From: a virus
Direction: 5' to 3' (one strand)
DNA length: 64,000 bases
IMG/VR virus record: IMGVR_UViG_3300010397_000005
Span: 8,934-72,933 of that record
Position numbers and translations under genes: made by a program. Positions 8,021 through 18,549 of the stretch are shown here, in pieces (position 1 is the first letter of the stretch; the number at the start of each line of letters is the position of its first letter). Below the pieces are notes generated by a model. The model saw nothing but the letters and a program-made list of their open reading frames with translations, had not been told where the DNA came from and did no database searches.

Positions 8021-9641
8021 TCATTGTTCTCTAATGGCTGATGCGATCTTTCCAGCAACCTCGGCGTAGCTCGTGTAAGTGGACTGGGCCAAGCCGCCCA
8101 CAAGATTGTCAGCCCGTGCCACATTTCTCGCATTTTCAAGCCACTCGTTTTCAACGGCGTCGGCAATCTGCGCCGCCCGCTCATCACGATCACGGAGGGC
8201 TTTCTCGATGTCGGCCTGCATTCGTTCATACGTAATCACCAAGCCGATATCGGTTTTCCACTTAGAAGTAATCTCTTGCGCTACTTCTTTAGCCGTCTTA
8301 CTCATCCCACCCTCCACACTGGCCCAGCTTCTCCTCGCTCACCCCACACCACCCGGCTCGCCAGCTCCATCAGCCCGAGTACGCCTGTACGAAACTCCTG
8401 CAACTCGTCAAAGCGCCGTTCGAGCTGTGCGCCGCAGGTATCGCAAAAGTGGAGATACTCGGCGGGGGTGAAGTCGCAGCGGCACTCGGGGCAGAGAGGC
8501 ATCAGTTGTCCTCGGGCCATTCAACCTCAGCCCAGTGAGTTACGAGGTACTCGTCATCGGCTGTCAAATATCCCTCACTGCCACGCTCGTAAACCTCACT
8601 ATCATGTAAAGCCCACAACCACCCGTCCTCGCCGTCCACGCGACCACCTAAAGTTATCAAACGGCAATGGTCGTACCCCTGCTCGTTAGGCTTGAAGATT
8701 ACATGGACTACCTTATCCAACGGCGGCAGTAGTTCAGGGTGCGCGTCGTTGTCGGCTGGGTTGGGTTCAACTTTAATCCAATTCATATCAGTACCAAATC
8801 CCTGTACGAATTAAGGTCCACGTCCCCGCAGACGCACCTGTTCGAGTAATCCAGAAACACATGCGACTTCTTCCCGTCCTCGCGCACCACACAGCGCAAC
8901 TCCGCTATTCGATCAGCAGTCCACTGCTCGTCAGGTTGCGTGTATCCGGTCTGGTCCAGACTCGATCTGCCACTTTCCACCCCTCCAGCACCTTCACGGT
9001 CAACGTCTGCGCTTCCCATCGTGCCTCCTGTACCGCTACCGGGTGCGGATAGCCCTCGATCTCCGCAACCACTACTAACCCCGCTTTCCACGCCTTGCGA
9101 ATCGTCGCTGGGCCAAACTTGTCCGGCCAGCTTGAACTCCCCGGCGTGACGTTGCGACGATGGTCAAAGTCGTAGTGGACCACCTCCGGCGCTGTGTCAT
9201 CGAAGTCCTGCGGTCCTTGACGTTGTTGCCAGTTCAACCTGCGCGTCACGGGATCACCTTCGATTCAAGATCGTCCACATCGGATTCCAGATCCTCGATC
9301 AGTTCAGCCAAGTCCTCAGCTAGTGACTCATTCAATGGACCATCTCCGGCTACTTCGCCCACCAGCTTCACGTGATACGCCTTCAGCGCCACCAGCCGCT
9401 TGACCAGCTCGCTATGAACGCCTAGTACTTCACCGGCATCAACCTCAAGCTTATCGCTCTCGTGATCGCCGTGGTCCTCGCATACCGAGCATATCAGACA
9501 CCGATCGTCCCGCTCGTCTAACTCATCAACACACCGCTCCAGCGCCACCGCTAACTGCGACTCACGACTGTCGCTACCAAACGTCGCAATCACAGCATCG
9601 TTCGCCAGTTGCTTGAGGCGAGTTCTCTCTGCTTTATCCAA
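8021..9641 (-). CDS. Run of small hypothetical genes (8021-8317, 8302-8520, 8502-8786, 8905-9249, 9246-9641)
   Basis: Overlapping start/stop coupling on the minus strand; no recognisable domains beyond CxxC pairs. Confidence 0.5.
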
Positions 9642-10308
9642 GCTGAGCCTCCATTCCTTGCACGTGCGAAGGAGTTGTTAGCGCTCGCGCAGGAGACCAG
9701 CCTCGACGTATTCGACCGCGCAGAGTCCATTGATTAATACTGGATATTTCCGCCCACTCGGCTATGGTTCTACTCTGTCCGTTAAGGACCAGATTTCTAT
9801 TATTGCTGGTGTTATTCATCTGTGTCTTAGCGGTCGCCCACTCACAGTTCTTCTTCCAGCTATTTGCTACACACTGATCACAATGACCACACCAGTAACC
9901 TCCGTCGTTATCAATCCGATTAATCGACATATTTCGCGGCTTATCGCCCATGTCGGTGTAGAAACTTTTAAAAGAAGTTCGCCAACCGTTACAGACCACA
10001 ATCCCCCTGCCTGCGTAATTGACGAAGTGCTCGTAGGTAGGATCGTAGCAACGTCTACGAAGATTGCACCAAGCCGTATAAGTTGACGATCCGCTTTTGC
10101 CGTGCGTTGAGTGGGTACGTTCACAACCACAGGCAGTAACTCGTCTATTCAGTACAGGGTACTTACTAACTACCTTCTTAGTACCGCAGTCACAGCGAAC
10201 TACGATACATTGCTCTGAATTAGTGGTGGCGATCACAAGCAGGCTAGAAAACCTTTTGCCGACCAGTGCCGCTGCTGGAAACTGAACTTTTCTACCAGCT
10301 TTGTCCAT
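9634..10308 (-). CDS. HNH-type homing endonuclease-like protein
   Basis: RCDCG...ACGC, WCNLRRRC, YAGRGIVVC..W, SINRIDNDGGY...NCEWAT..QMNN; C-terminal TIAEWAE...RIRRGW. Confidence 0.85.
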   Translation of the reverse strand: MDKAGRKVQFPAAALVGKRFSSLLVIATTNSEQCIVVRCDCGTKKVVSKYPVLNRRVTACGCERTHSTHGKSGSSTYTAWCNLRRRCYDPTYEHFVNYAGRGIVVCNGWRTSFKSFYTDMGDKPRNMSINRIDNDGGYWCGHCDQCVANSWKKNCEWATAKTQMNNTSNNRNLVLNGQSRTIAEWAEISSINQWTLRGRIRRGWSPARALTTPSHVQGMEAQLG

Positions 10309-10650
10309 TGGTTGGTCTCGCTCCCTTACAATGATCTATCCGTACGTATTCAATGTCGGTATCGTAGATCTTGTCCTGACACCACGACGCTTCACTCCAG
10401 TCAACTTCCTTCATCTCGCGCGCACTGGTCACGTCGTCGCCGACCTGTAGCCAGATTCGCTCAGGCGCGGCGCTGATTCGCTGAACTTCGGCTTTCTTCA
10501 TCGGTTGCCTTTCGCTGGTTCCAACACGACTGACAACTCCCGTCAGGTGCAATCCACTCCACCCTCACCCACTGCGGCGTGTTGATGCGTGCCTTGATCG
10601 GCCGCTGGCACTCGACGCAGAGGAGGAGGATGTCGGAGAGGTAGAGATCG

Positions 10651-10863
10651 TCATCGAGTGACATATTTTTCCACCAGATCACGTAACCACTGAAGTTGAG
10701 GTTCACTGCACCCCCACCGCGCTACTTTCTCCGGCATGTCCTCGACGAAGGCCAGTTCACGCGCATTCATCCGCGCGGTGCAGTCTTCAAGCAGCGCGAG
10801 GCACTTGTAGGCGCTGCGGTTACGCTCGTCGGGGGTTAGGACGTTGTCACGTTGGAAGCCCAC
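10651..10863 (-). CDS. Small hypothetical protein
   Basis: GGAGG RBS; RELAFVEDM...SEPQLQWLRDL pattern common in phage ORFs. Confidence 0.55.
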   Translation of the reverse strand: MGFQRDNVLTPDERNRSAYKCLALLEDCTARMNARELAFVEDMPEKVARWGCSEPQLQWLRDLVEKYVTR

Positions 10864-10866
10864 GGC

Positions 10867-11274
10867 TCACACCTCCCTGAGAAACACTTCCACCTTCTGT
10901 TTCTCGCTATCCACTGAATCCCAGCTACCAAACTTCGCTCGTTTATCATTGAATCCGGCCTTTGCCGCGATGAGATCGATCAACGGCTTCACTGCGTTAT
11001 GGGTGTCGAACTCCCTGAGCTTCCCGTTGGCGTAGTAGAAAGGGTAGTGGAAGACCGTGTCGATTCGGATTAACGATGACTCCGACTGCAACTGAATCCT
11101 CGGTACGAATATCGCCGCATCGTTCTTCCACTTGCGCACTTCCGGCTTCAGTTCCACTCTCCGCTGCGAGTAGATGATCTGATGCAACGAATTCACCGAG
11201 GGAAAGGCCAGTGGAATTGTGAAGCGAACCTCGAACCCTCCACTGTTTGCGCTGGCCTTTCCCTCGCCCCCCAT
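10867..11274 (-). CDS. RusA-like Holliday junction resolvase
   Basis: FPSVNSL, DTHNAVKPLIDLI (DxDNxxKxxxD-like), GFNDK. Confidence 0.75.
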   Translation of the reverse strand: MGGEGKASANSGGFEVRFTIPLAFPSVNSLHQIIYSQRRVELKPEVRKWKNDAAIFVPRIQLQSESSLIRIDTVFHYPFYYANGKLREFDTHNAVKPLIDLIAAKAGFNDKRAKFGSWDSVDSEKQKVEVFLREV

Positions 11275-11278
11275 CGAA

Positions 11279-11863
11279 CTACCCTGCCTCCACGCTGCGA
11301 AAGTTCTTCACCTCGTTGCGATATTCCCCAGTCCCTACCCACTTCGTCTGACCTTCTGGCGGTGGCGATTGAATCTCTCTCCGCGTAACATCCGCGAACA
11401 CTTCCCGGCCCGTTAGCTCGATAAGGAAGTTATCGTTGATCTTCGGCGGTGCAGCTGGATCGAATCCCATCGCCTTAAGAAACACCTTTGTGTCAAACCG
11501 CGCCTTCGTCTTGTAATTCTCTGTATCCAATTCCGGGTAGTCGCGCGTGTTCGCAATGAGGAGGAGATCTTGAAACATATGCTTCCCTTTGTACTTCCCT
11601 TCCTCGTTGACGCCATCGACGATGACGAGGTCTAGCGCGAGAAACTTCTTGCGCCAACTCGCCTCCCCGTCCTTCTGATACGGTCGCACTGCGGCTTTGC
11701 GAATCTCAAATCGCACTCGCTTCGCAGGCTCGATCACGTCGTTCCCTTGCTGGGTCGAGAGATCGCCTACGTCCACTTCGTCCGTCACATCAAACCCGCC
11801 GCTGCTGTCACTGTCGCTATCGCCATAGTCCAGCGCTTCGCCCGTGCCTGTTGCTGATTCCAT
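11279..11863 (-). CDS. Probable phage ssDNA-binding protein (DUF669-like)
   Basis: GKYKGKHMFQDL and YRNEVKNF motifs; directly downstream of the Sak4-like ATPase. Confidence 0.6.
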   Translation of the reverse strand: MESATGTGEALDYGDSDSDSSGGFDVTDEVDVGDLSTQQGNDVIEPAKRVRFEIRKAAVRPYQKDGEASWRKKFLALDLVIVDGVNEEGKYKGKHMFQDLLLIANTRDYPELDTENYKTKARFDTKVFLKAMGFDPAAPPKINDNFLIELTGREVFADVTRREIQSPPPEGQTKWVGTGEYRNEVKNFRSVEAG

Positions 11864-11933
11864 TTGAGTTGATTCTCCTTCAGTTGAGTTGTTGAATTTA
11901 GCCTATCTGTAAAGTTTCAGGTTACGTCCGGTG

Positions 11934-12878
11934 TCACGCGCCCGCTGTTGTGGGCCTCGCTTGTGACGGCTGCGACGGAGTGGCCGCAGCTTGTTCCCGC
12001 TTGATCTTCAAGGAGTGAGCGATCGCTTCGTAGAGCGTGGTGCCGTTCAGGTTGAGCCGCGCTGGGAGCCCGTAGCGGTTCTTGGCGTTCACGATGCCGC
12101 CGTAGCCCCGCGTCATGTCGCAGAGTGCGTCGTAGATGATCTTCCCGCTGCTGTCCTTAGCCAGCGTTTTCTCCAAGTAGAGGTCAGCTCCAACCAACCC
12201 GCTCAGCTTGTTGCGAAACCCGCCCTCGATCTGCGCGGCGAGGTCGGAGTTGGTCATGACCTTCTTAGCGCGGTTCTTGATGTTCGCGTTGCCATGCACC
12301 TGCTCCTCGGATTCACGCTTCAGGTGCGTGGTGAGGATGACGTTGAGCGAATTCCGCGTCGCCACTGTCATCAAATCACTCGCGACGAAGCGATGCAGGT
12401 ATAAGCCCAAATTGCGGTACATAGCCTGCGTGTCGATGTTGCCAGTGGTGGCGGACTTCGCTACCTCGTATTCGTTGATCTGCCGCCACTTCATGTCCAC
12501 GAAGTAGGTGAAGCCGTCGATCACGAGAGTTTCAATCGCGCCAGCCGCCGCCAACTCCTTCGCGTGAGCAATGCAGCCGTAGACCGAGCCGCGCTCGTCC
12601 GTCTTCGCCGTCTCGCGAAACATCTCCCGTAGTTCCTCTTTGGCGTGATTATGCAACTCCTCGTACTCAACGAGGTTGGCGAGGAACTTGGCGTTATCGG
12701 GCTGGCGGATCGTCTCCAATCCGGCTGGGTCGCAGGAGATCACGTAGCACTTGGGGAAGCTGAGCGATTGCAGCGTCTTCCCCGTGCCGAAGAAGCCGGA
12801 GATGTTGAGCGTGAGCGCGGGGCGTCGCGCAATGAAGTCGTTTTTAGTTGGCATCGGAATAGTCTCACCTTTCGTCAA
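11934..12878 (-). CDS. AAA_24/Sak4-like ATPase (ssDNA annealing)
   Basis: Walker A GFFGTGKT, Walker B LVIDG, VILTTH, AKNRYGLP. Confidence 0.8.
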   Translation of the reverse strand: MTKGETIPMPTKNDFIARRPALTLNISGFFGTGKTLQSLSFPKCYVISCDPAGLETIRQPDNAKFLANLVEYEELHNHAKEELREMFRETAKTDERGSVYGCIAHAKELAAAGAIETLVIDGFTYFVDMKWRQINEYEVAKSATTGNIDTQAMYRNLGLYLHRFVASDLMTVATRNSLNVILTTHLKRESEEQVHGNANIKNRAKKVMTNSDLAAQIEGGFRNKLSGLVGADLYLEKTLAKDSSGKIIYDALCDMTRGYGGIVNAKNRYGLPARLNLNGTTLYEAIAHSLKIKREQAAATPSQPSQARPTTAGA

Positions 12879-12927
12879 GGCCGCAGCGCGTGGCTATCGG
12901 CAGGTTGCGTAACAGTTGCCGCGCTTG

Positions 12928-13902
12928 TCAAACTTCGATCTCAAACTCCGCCTGCTCGACTACCTTTGTCGCCGAGCACTCGCCGTCGTGGCCCAGTTGC
13001 AGCGCACAGTGCTCGTCAGCGTCGAGTAGCGCGTCACAGGCTTGATAGTACTGGATGCGAATCAACTCGCGATCGTCCTGCGACTGCCACTCCGGCTCGT
13101 CATCCCACACCCACCCCGCCTTGCAGATCGGCCTGTACTGGCAGCGCCAGCAGGAGTCGGTGTTTGTGCGCCAGAAACCAGCCGCTCGACTGCGCTCGAT
13201 GTCTGCGATCCACGCCGCTCGACTGGCACGCTCGTACTCGATCTGTTCAGTTCTCCGATTGAACGTCTGCCGCTCGAAGTTGCACCAGAACCCGGCCACG
13301 GGTGCGTTCTTGCTCGCCTTCTGGTTAAACCGGAACGAGATGGCGTTAATGATAAACCCCTCGATTGGGCCATACTTACTGGAGCCGTAGTCGAGATAGT
13401 GCGTGATCTGGCTGTTCGGCTCAAACCGCTCCCAGTACTTGTAGTTGAGGTACTGACCTGTGGTCTTGTGGTCCATTAGGTAGATGCCACCGTGCGCCAG
13501 GTTCTCCAGTACGATGTCCGGCCTCACGCTCCACGGGTCATCGCTCCGGGTTTCGATCTCCAGTACTCGCCACTGCCTGTCGTCCACCGCCCAGCGCTTC
13601 ACGTACTCGCGTAGCGCCGTAATGCCGTTCTGGCGCGTCTTTGCCTTATCGTTCATGTCCAGTTGGCGTGGGTAGTGGGCCAGAAACGCATCCTGCGCCT
13701 CACGCAGCGTCCCGCCTCGGTAGACCACTTCCAGCCCCTTGTGAAAGGCATGTCCGTAGCGCAGGTGGTGGTCCCCGGTTTCGTCGTCCAGCGCGCGCAG
13801 TTGCAGATCCCAGAAGAAGCGGTACTGTAAGGGACAGTTTTTGTAAGACTGGAGCTGGCTGTTTGAGTAGGCCGTAGTTGAACTGTGCTGGGGGATCGTC
13901 AT
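12928..13902 (-). CDS. PD-(D/E)XK exonuclease (AddB/Cas4-like, 4-Cys cluster)
   Basis: SNSQLQSYKNCP, GHAFH, PDIV...MDHKTT, QITHY, CWRCQYRPIC. Start moved to ATG 13902 because the GTG overlaps the -10 box. Confidence 0.85.
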   Translation of the reverse strand: MTIPQHSSTTAYSNSQLQSYKNCPLQYRFFWDLQLRALDDETGDHHLRYGHAFHKGLEVVYRGGTLREAQDAFLAHYPRQLDMNDKAKTRQNGITALREYVKRWAVDDRQWRVLEIETRSDDPWSVRPDIVLENLAHGGIYLMDHKTTGQYLNYKYWERFEPNSQITHYLDYGSSKYGPIEGFIINAISFRFNQKASKNAPVAGFWCNFERQTFNRRTEQIEYERASRAAWIADIERSRAAGFWRTNTDSCWRCQYRPICKAGWVWDDEPEWQSQDDRELIRIQYYQACDALLDADEHCALQLGHDGECSATKVVEQAEFEIEV

Positions 13903-13912
13903 AGCGAGAGGC

Positions 13913-13997
13913 ACTTTACACGAGCGTCAACTCGATGTCAATAGGTAAATCGTTAAATCTGAAAATAAGTTGACAGTAGTGGAAATCCGCGTAGAAT
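13913..13997. promoter_or_regulatory. Divergent sigma70-type promoters
   Basis: Minus: TTGACA-17-TAAAGT (13941..13913). Plus: TTGACA-16-TAGAAT (13970..13997). Confidence 0.7.
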
Positions 13998-14006
13998 ACC
14001 TGCGCA

Positions 14007-14219
14007 ATGATGGAATACTGTACAATCAAAGGCGGCGCAGAGATTCTAAAGGTTTCCCGGCCCACGGTCTACAAGTTTATTTCCGAGGGGAAGCTGGGCG
14101 TGTATCACGTGTTGGGACGGCCCGCGCTGAAGCTGACGGAAGTTAACCGAGTAGCACGCATCAGGGCAAAACGGGCTAAGAAGTCTAACCAGAACAGTAA
14201 CGGTAATGGCTACAGATAA
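14007..14219 (+). CDS. Excisionase/MerR-like HTH DNA-binding protein
   Basis: TIKGGAEILKVSRPTVYKFISEGKL. Confidence 0.8.
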   Translation: MMEYCTIKGGAEILKVSRPTVYKFISEGKLGVYHVLGRPALKLTEVNRVARIRAKRAKKSNQNSNGNGYR

Positions 14220-14243
14220 CCTGTAACAATTTAGTCCTATAAA

Positions 14244-15713
14244 ATGGCAAAATCCCCCGCAGGTAAACATGCCTTAAAAGCGGCCCCGTCTGCTGCTGAT
14301 GCGTCACCATCAAAACCCGTTGATTACTTCACCCATACCGATGAAGGGAACGTTGATCGCTTCATCGCCGCCTACAGCAATCGAATTCGGTACGACGAAA
14401 CCCGTGATAAGTGGTACCTCTGGCGTGAGCACTGGTGGAAAGAAGTCGGTTACAGCGTAATTCACGAAGCGGCATCGAAACTGGTGCGCGGCCTGCACGA
14501 CAAAGCAACCGAGCAAAACCACGACTCACTCGCCCTCTGGCTGTACAAGTCCATGTCCGGTAGTCACATTCGCGAAATGATTAACCGGGCAAAGTTGATT
14601 CTACCTATCTGCGTACGGGAGAGCGGCACGTGGAACAGGAATCCGTGGCTACTGGGGGTAGGTAACGGGGTGGTGGACTTGCGCACGGGGGAGCTGTGCA
14701 AGGGCGCGAAGTCAGATTACGTTAACTGCCACAGCCAGATCACCTTTGACCCGTCTGCGGTCGCGACAGTGTTTCCCGCCAGTCTCCGGCAAATCTTCTG
14801 CGAGCGCGAGGACTTGATCGACTATGTGCTTACCGCCTTCGGGTACGCGCTCACGGGGCTGACTAACGAGCGCACGATGTTCATCCTGCACGGCTCCGGT
14901 TCCAACGGGAAGTCGAAACTACTGGAACTGCTCGCCTACATCCTCGGCGACGGGGAAGCGGGATATGCTAAGTCGGTTCCAGCAAACTCCCTCAAGCCAG
15001 ACAATCGCGGCAACCCGGACGCGCCGCGCAACGATCTTGCCACTATCGCCGATGCGCGACTTGTACTCGTCAACGAATCCGACCTCAAGCAAGGCGTCGC
15101 GGAGTCAATGGTCAAATGGCTCACGGGTGGTGACATGATCAGCGCTCGGTTCAACCACGGTAAACCATTTCAATACAGGCCTCGCTATAAAATCTTTCTC
15201 TCCTGCAATCACCGTCCAGTCGTGCGTGGCACCGACGCAGCGATCTGGAACCGTCTCCCGCTCATTCCATTTGAAGCAAAGTTTGAAGGCGCGAGCGAGG
15301 ACATCTACCTGATTGATAAGTGGAAAGCGGAAGCGTCAGGGATTCTTAACCTTCTCATCCAGTACTGCCTCAAATGGCAGCAATCCCGCCTTCAACGTCC
15401 CGAATGTATCACAGTTGCCTCAAGTGAATATCGCACCCAGTCCAATCCGATCGCGCCATTCCTCGACGCTTGCTGCTCCTACGACCCCGAGAAAATTAAG
15501 GATTCCACTTTCAGGGACGGAGTCGAACCCGGTGACCTATGGGAACACTATGTCCTGTATTGTCATAAAGTTAGAGAGAAGCCAGACGATGTAAGGAAAT
15601 TCAAGGCAAACATGGAAGCCTTCGGTTTTGAACAGGTCAGAATGAACGCTCGACGCGTCTGGCGCGGGGTGTTTATGGAAAAAGCCGAGGAAATTCAAGT
15701 TGATACACTATAA
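14244..15713 (+). CDS. P4/D5-family SF3 replicative helicase (D5_N plus helicase, no primase domain)
   Basis: TDEGNVDRF, NGVVDLRTG, Walker A GSGSNGKS, LVNES, KWLTGGD, CNHRP, AIWNRL. Confidence 0.9.
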   Translation: MAKSPAGKHALKAAPSAADASPSKPVDYFTHTDEGNVDRFIAAYSNRIRYDETRDKWYLWREHWWKEVGYSVIHEAASKLVRGLHDKATEQNHDSLALWLYKSMSGSHIREMINRAKLILPICVRESGTWNRNPWLLGVGNGVVDLRTGELCKGAKSDYVNCHSQITFDPSAVATVFPASLRQIFCEREDLIDYVLTAFGYALTGLTNERTMFILHGSGSNGKSKLLELLAYILGDGEAGYAKSVPANSLKPDNRGNPDAPRNDLATIADARLVLVNESDLKQGVAESMVKWLTGGDMISARFNHGKPFQYRPRYKIFLSCNHRPVVRGTDAAIWNRLPLIPFEAKFEGASEDIYLIDKWKAEASGILNLLIQYCLKWQQSRLQRPECITVASSEYRTQSNPIAPFLDACCSYDPEKIKDSTFRDGVEPGDLWEHYVLYCHKVREKPDDVRKFKANMEAFGFEQVRMNARRVWRGVFMEKAEEIQVDTL

Positions 15714-15716
15714 GGG

Positions 15717-15960
15717 GTGACAGCGGTGACAGATGCGTGACAGATACCTGTCACCGCTTAACTCCTTTATCTTCTTTAATTAAACACGTTAGTGACAGAG
15801 TGACAGGTATAGTTAACGAAATACGCACACGCGCGCGCGCATGTGAGAGAAAATTTCGCACATTATCTGTCACTCTGTCACTTTTCTATCTAAATGGTTG
15901 ATATATAGGAGGTTAACTCGTGACAGGTACCTGTCACCTATCTGTCACGGATGCTGTCAC
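15717..15960. repeat. Putative replication origin: 12 GTGACAG iterons in mirror symmetry
   Basis: GTGACAG at 15717, 15726, 15737, 15792, 15800, 15920; CTGTCAC at 15748, 15867, 15875, 15931, 15942, 15954; AT-rich spacers. Confidence 0.85.
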
Positions 15961-15976
15961 GCGAAAAGCTAAATTC

Positions 15977-16228
15977 TCATTTTCCTAAGAATTTCCCACA
16001 GATCGGTCCCATGCCACGCTCGACCGAATCGGGGTTTTTCAGCGAGCGTCGGCAGACGAGGCAGCGACGGCAGATTCGCATGAGTTCGATTGCGCGAGCA
16101 CGAGGCATCCGATCCTCCGGGTAAAGTCGATAGACTGCACCTTGAGCGTATTCGACGGTGATCCCAGAACGATCGATCTTCACCAACTGTTCCGCGTACA
16201 GTCGCTGCCCGTCATGGGTCGGACGCAC
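15977..16228 (-). CDS. DUF6011-like zinc-binding protein
   Basis: CLVCRRSLKNPDSVERGMGPIC. Confidence 0.75.
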   Translation of the reverse strand: MRPTHDGQRLYAEQLVKIDRSGITVEYAQGAVYRLYPEDRMPRARAIELMRICRRCLVCRRSLKNPDSVERGMGPICGKFLGK

Positions 16229-16285
16229 GAGGAAGATGCCATCAACGGACTCGTACAGTCCCGGTTCGGTTAATCGCTGGAGCCT

Positions 16286-17662
16286 TCATATCCATCGCGC
16301 CACGCGCGGATCGACTTTGCACCGCCTCACCAGTAGTCCTTCGTCCCCGACGATCCGCAGTCCCTCCGGTGTGCGGCAGCGACTGACCGCGACGTAGGTC
16401 ATGGCCGGAGACGAGAAGAAGTGGTTGCGCAGGTCAAGTTGAACTCGGTCCAGCGTGAGCCCCTGCGACTTGTGGACCGTGCTCGCCCAAGCGAGGCGCA
16501 GTGGGAGGTACTGCACCTCGCCGATGACATACCGCTCCGCCTTCTCGTCAAAGTACGGCTGACCCCAGACTGAAACTGCCGCCAGCTTCCCGCACTCGTC
16601 GGGATCGACGGTGTGGACCTTGCGTGTGATCGCGCCCACGCTGACCACCTCGTCGTTCCGGGCGAGGCGCACTTGCACAGTGGTCGCGTCCCGGCCCACG
16701 ATCAGCCCGCAGTCCCCGTTGGCGTAGGCAAACTCCCCGGAGCCTGTGTCATTGGCGAGGATCATCACGTAGGCTCCGATCTTCAACTCCAGTCGCTGCG
16801 GGATGTAGTTCCACTCACTCGGTGGTCGGGCCACGTGCCAGCGCTTGCTGTTGACGACGAACTTCTCGCCGCGCACCCGTTGCAGCGCCTGCCAGTTGAA
16901 CCTGTCCACTTCGTCGTTCTTCGCCATGATGGTTGTGCCGGGGAAGTGGAGGTCGAGGGCTGACGAGAATTCAGTCGCAGTTGTATGCAGAGCCGCTGCT
17001 CCAGCCTCCCCCTCCCCAGCGCGCAGGTGGTTGATCGACCGCAGGAACTGCTCATCCCCCTGCCGCCAGTTCTTCTCCAGTCGCTCAGTGCCTGCGTCAA
17101 ACTCCGGCCAGCACTCGGCTTCAAAGATCCACCGGGCCTTGATCGGCGGGAGTTGGCATAGGTCGCCCACCAGCACCAATCCCAGCCCCTCCGGGTTGCG
17201 CGACTTCGTCACAGCCTTGCGCTGGTTCGCCTCCATCACCGCTTGGTACAGCGTGTCCAACTGCTCGGCTGGCATCATGCTCACTTCGTCAATGTAGAGG
17301 TTGCGGTAGGACTGCGCGATCTTTGCCAGTCGAGTCACCAACCTCCCACTCACGAACGCATTCACCATCGAATCCGTGTCGAAGTAACGGAGCTGCGAGT
17401 TGATCGTCACTGTGCCGAGGTTCACCCCTGCGATCCCGGTCGTGGCGCACAGCAACCCCTCGCACGGATCGTTGCGGATGCGCTCTCGCACTTGGTAGGT
17501 TTTTCCAGTCCCAGCCGCCCCGGTCAGGAACGCACAGCGCGGCGGGGTCAGGCCAAAGTCAAGGTCGATCTCGTCTCCGTCAGGTGCGTCGTCGGTTGTG
17601 GCGGCTGTCGGCGCAGTCTGAAGTAGCTCAACTTCCTCATCATCAAACACGTCTTCACTCAT
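16286..17662 (-). CDS. Pif1/RecD-like SF1B DNA helicase
   Basis: GAAGTGKT, ATTGIAG, IDEVSM, GDLCQLPPI, NWRQ, ANGDCG, TVHKSQGLTL, YVAVSRC. Confidence 0.9.
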   Translation of the reverse strand: MSEDVFDDEEVELLQTAPTAATTDDAPDGDEIDLDFGLTPPRCAFLTGAAGTGKTYQVRERIRNDPCEGLLCATTGIAGVNLGTVTINSQLRYFDTDSMVNAFVSGRLVTRLAKIAQSYRNLYIDEVSMMPAEQLDTLYQAVMEANQRKAVTKSRNPEGLGLVLVGDLCQLPPIKARWIFEAECWPEFDAGTERLEKNWRQGDEQFLRSINHLRAGEGEAGAAALHTTATEFSSALDLHFPGTTIMAKNDEVDRFNWQALQRVRGEKFVVNSKRWHVARPPSEWNYIPQRLELKIGAYVMILANDTGSGEFAYANGDCGLIVGRDATTVQVRLARNDEVVSVGAITRKVHTVDPDECGKLAAVSVWGQPYFDEKAERYVIGEVQYLPLRLAWASTVHKSQGLTLDRVQLDLRNHFFSSPAMTYVAVSRCRTPEGLRIVGDEGLLVRRCKVDPRVARWI

Positions 17663-18549
17663 CGTTCCCCACCTTCCCCTCTTCCTTTTAGTTGTTCAAG
17701 CGCAGCCAGTAGTGACTTGTGCGCGGCTTCTAGATAGCTTTTCGCTGCTACCCATGCTGTTGCGTCAGACTCCGGTATTTCGCCGAGTACCTGCGGATGA
17801 CGACGTTTGACGACTTCGACTGCTTCTCCAATAGCATCAGCGCGGGTGGTTCGCAGTTCGTGCTCGACTACTTGGTAAATCTTGAGCAATGCTTGGTCTT
17901 CGATTCCCTCGTCAGGCAGTAACAATGCAATGTGGTATTGCCAATCGGGCTGCGCTCCCGCGATGCGAACCGAGTCGATCACTGCGGCTTGTGCAATTAC
18001 GATAGATAGATGATCGCAAGCCGATTCGTAACCGCCCATCCACACGCAGTCATTGCCTTTTGCCGCTTCCGGTGCCCGCTTAAATTCATCTCGCGCCATT
18101 TCTGCCGCTCGTAACATCCCCGCTCTAAAACCATCGTAGTTTTTCATTGAAGTATCTCCCTGATGGCTTAATCGCGGCGCGGCGTCAAAACCGGAAAGTC
18201 GCTCTACCTCACCTTTAAGCCGCTCGACTTCAGCGGTGAACGCGTTGATTTCAAACGCAGCACGGCCAGCCAGATCCTTTAACTGTTCTCTACCCTCAAG
18301 CCAGTCTGCGTTTAGTGCGTCGTAGCGACTGCGAGGTACTAAATCTGTCTGCTCGTAATCATTTATTTCCTGACGGAGCGGTGAGTAGTGCGCCGCGATG
18401 CGGCCATTGATTCGCTCGCACTTCGCGCACGTACCATCGGCCCTAAGTTCGGAACCATCGCACTCCAGTTGAGTTCCGTTCAGGGGATATTGCGGCAAGT
18501 GAATCTGGTTAGTGGCGGACTGTAATTCGTGGTCTTTTATTAGGGTCAT
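17659..18549 (-). CDS. Mosaic hypothetical protein (Ead/Ea22-like style)
   Basis: Long ORF coupled to the helicase start; coiled-coil segments (AEVERLKGEVERL). Start uncertain. Confidence 0.5.
   Translation of the reverse strand: MTLIKDHELQSATNQIHLPQYPLNGTQLECDGSELRADGTCAKCERINGRIAAHYSPLRQEINDYEQTDLVPRSRYDALNADWLEGREQLKDLAGRAAFEINAFTAEVERLKGEVERLSGFDAAPRLSHQGDTSMKNYDGFRAGMLRAAEMARDEFKRAPEAAKGNDCVWMGGYESACDHLSIVIAQAAVIDSVRIAGAQPDWQYHIALLLPDEGIEDQALLKIYQVVEHELRTTRADAIGEAVEVVKRRHPQVLGEIPESDATAWVAAKSYLEAAHKSLLAALEQLKGRGEGGER

Noticed and set aside
12928-13902. Cas4 as part of a CRISPR system
   Set aside because: It lies in an exonuclease-Sak4-SSB-RusA recombination operon, with no cas1/cas2 or array.
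15717-15960. CRISPR-like array
   Set aside because: Repeats are 7 bp, in both orientations, with irregular short spacers. This fits iterons, and no cas operon is present.
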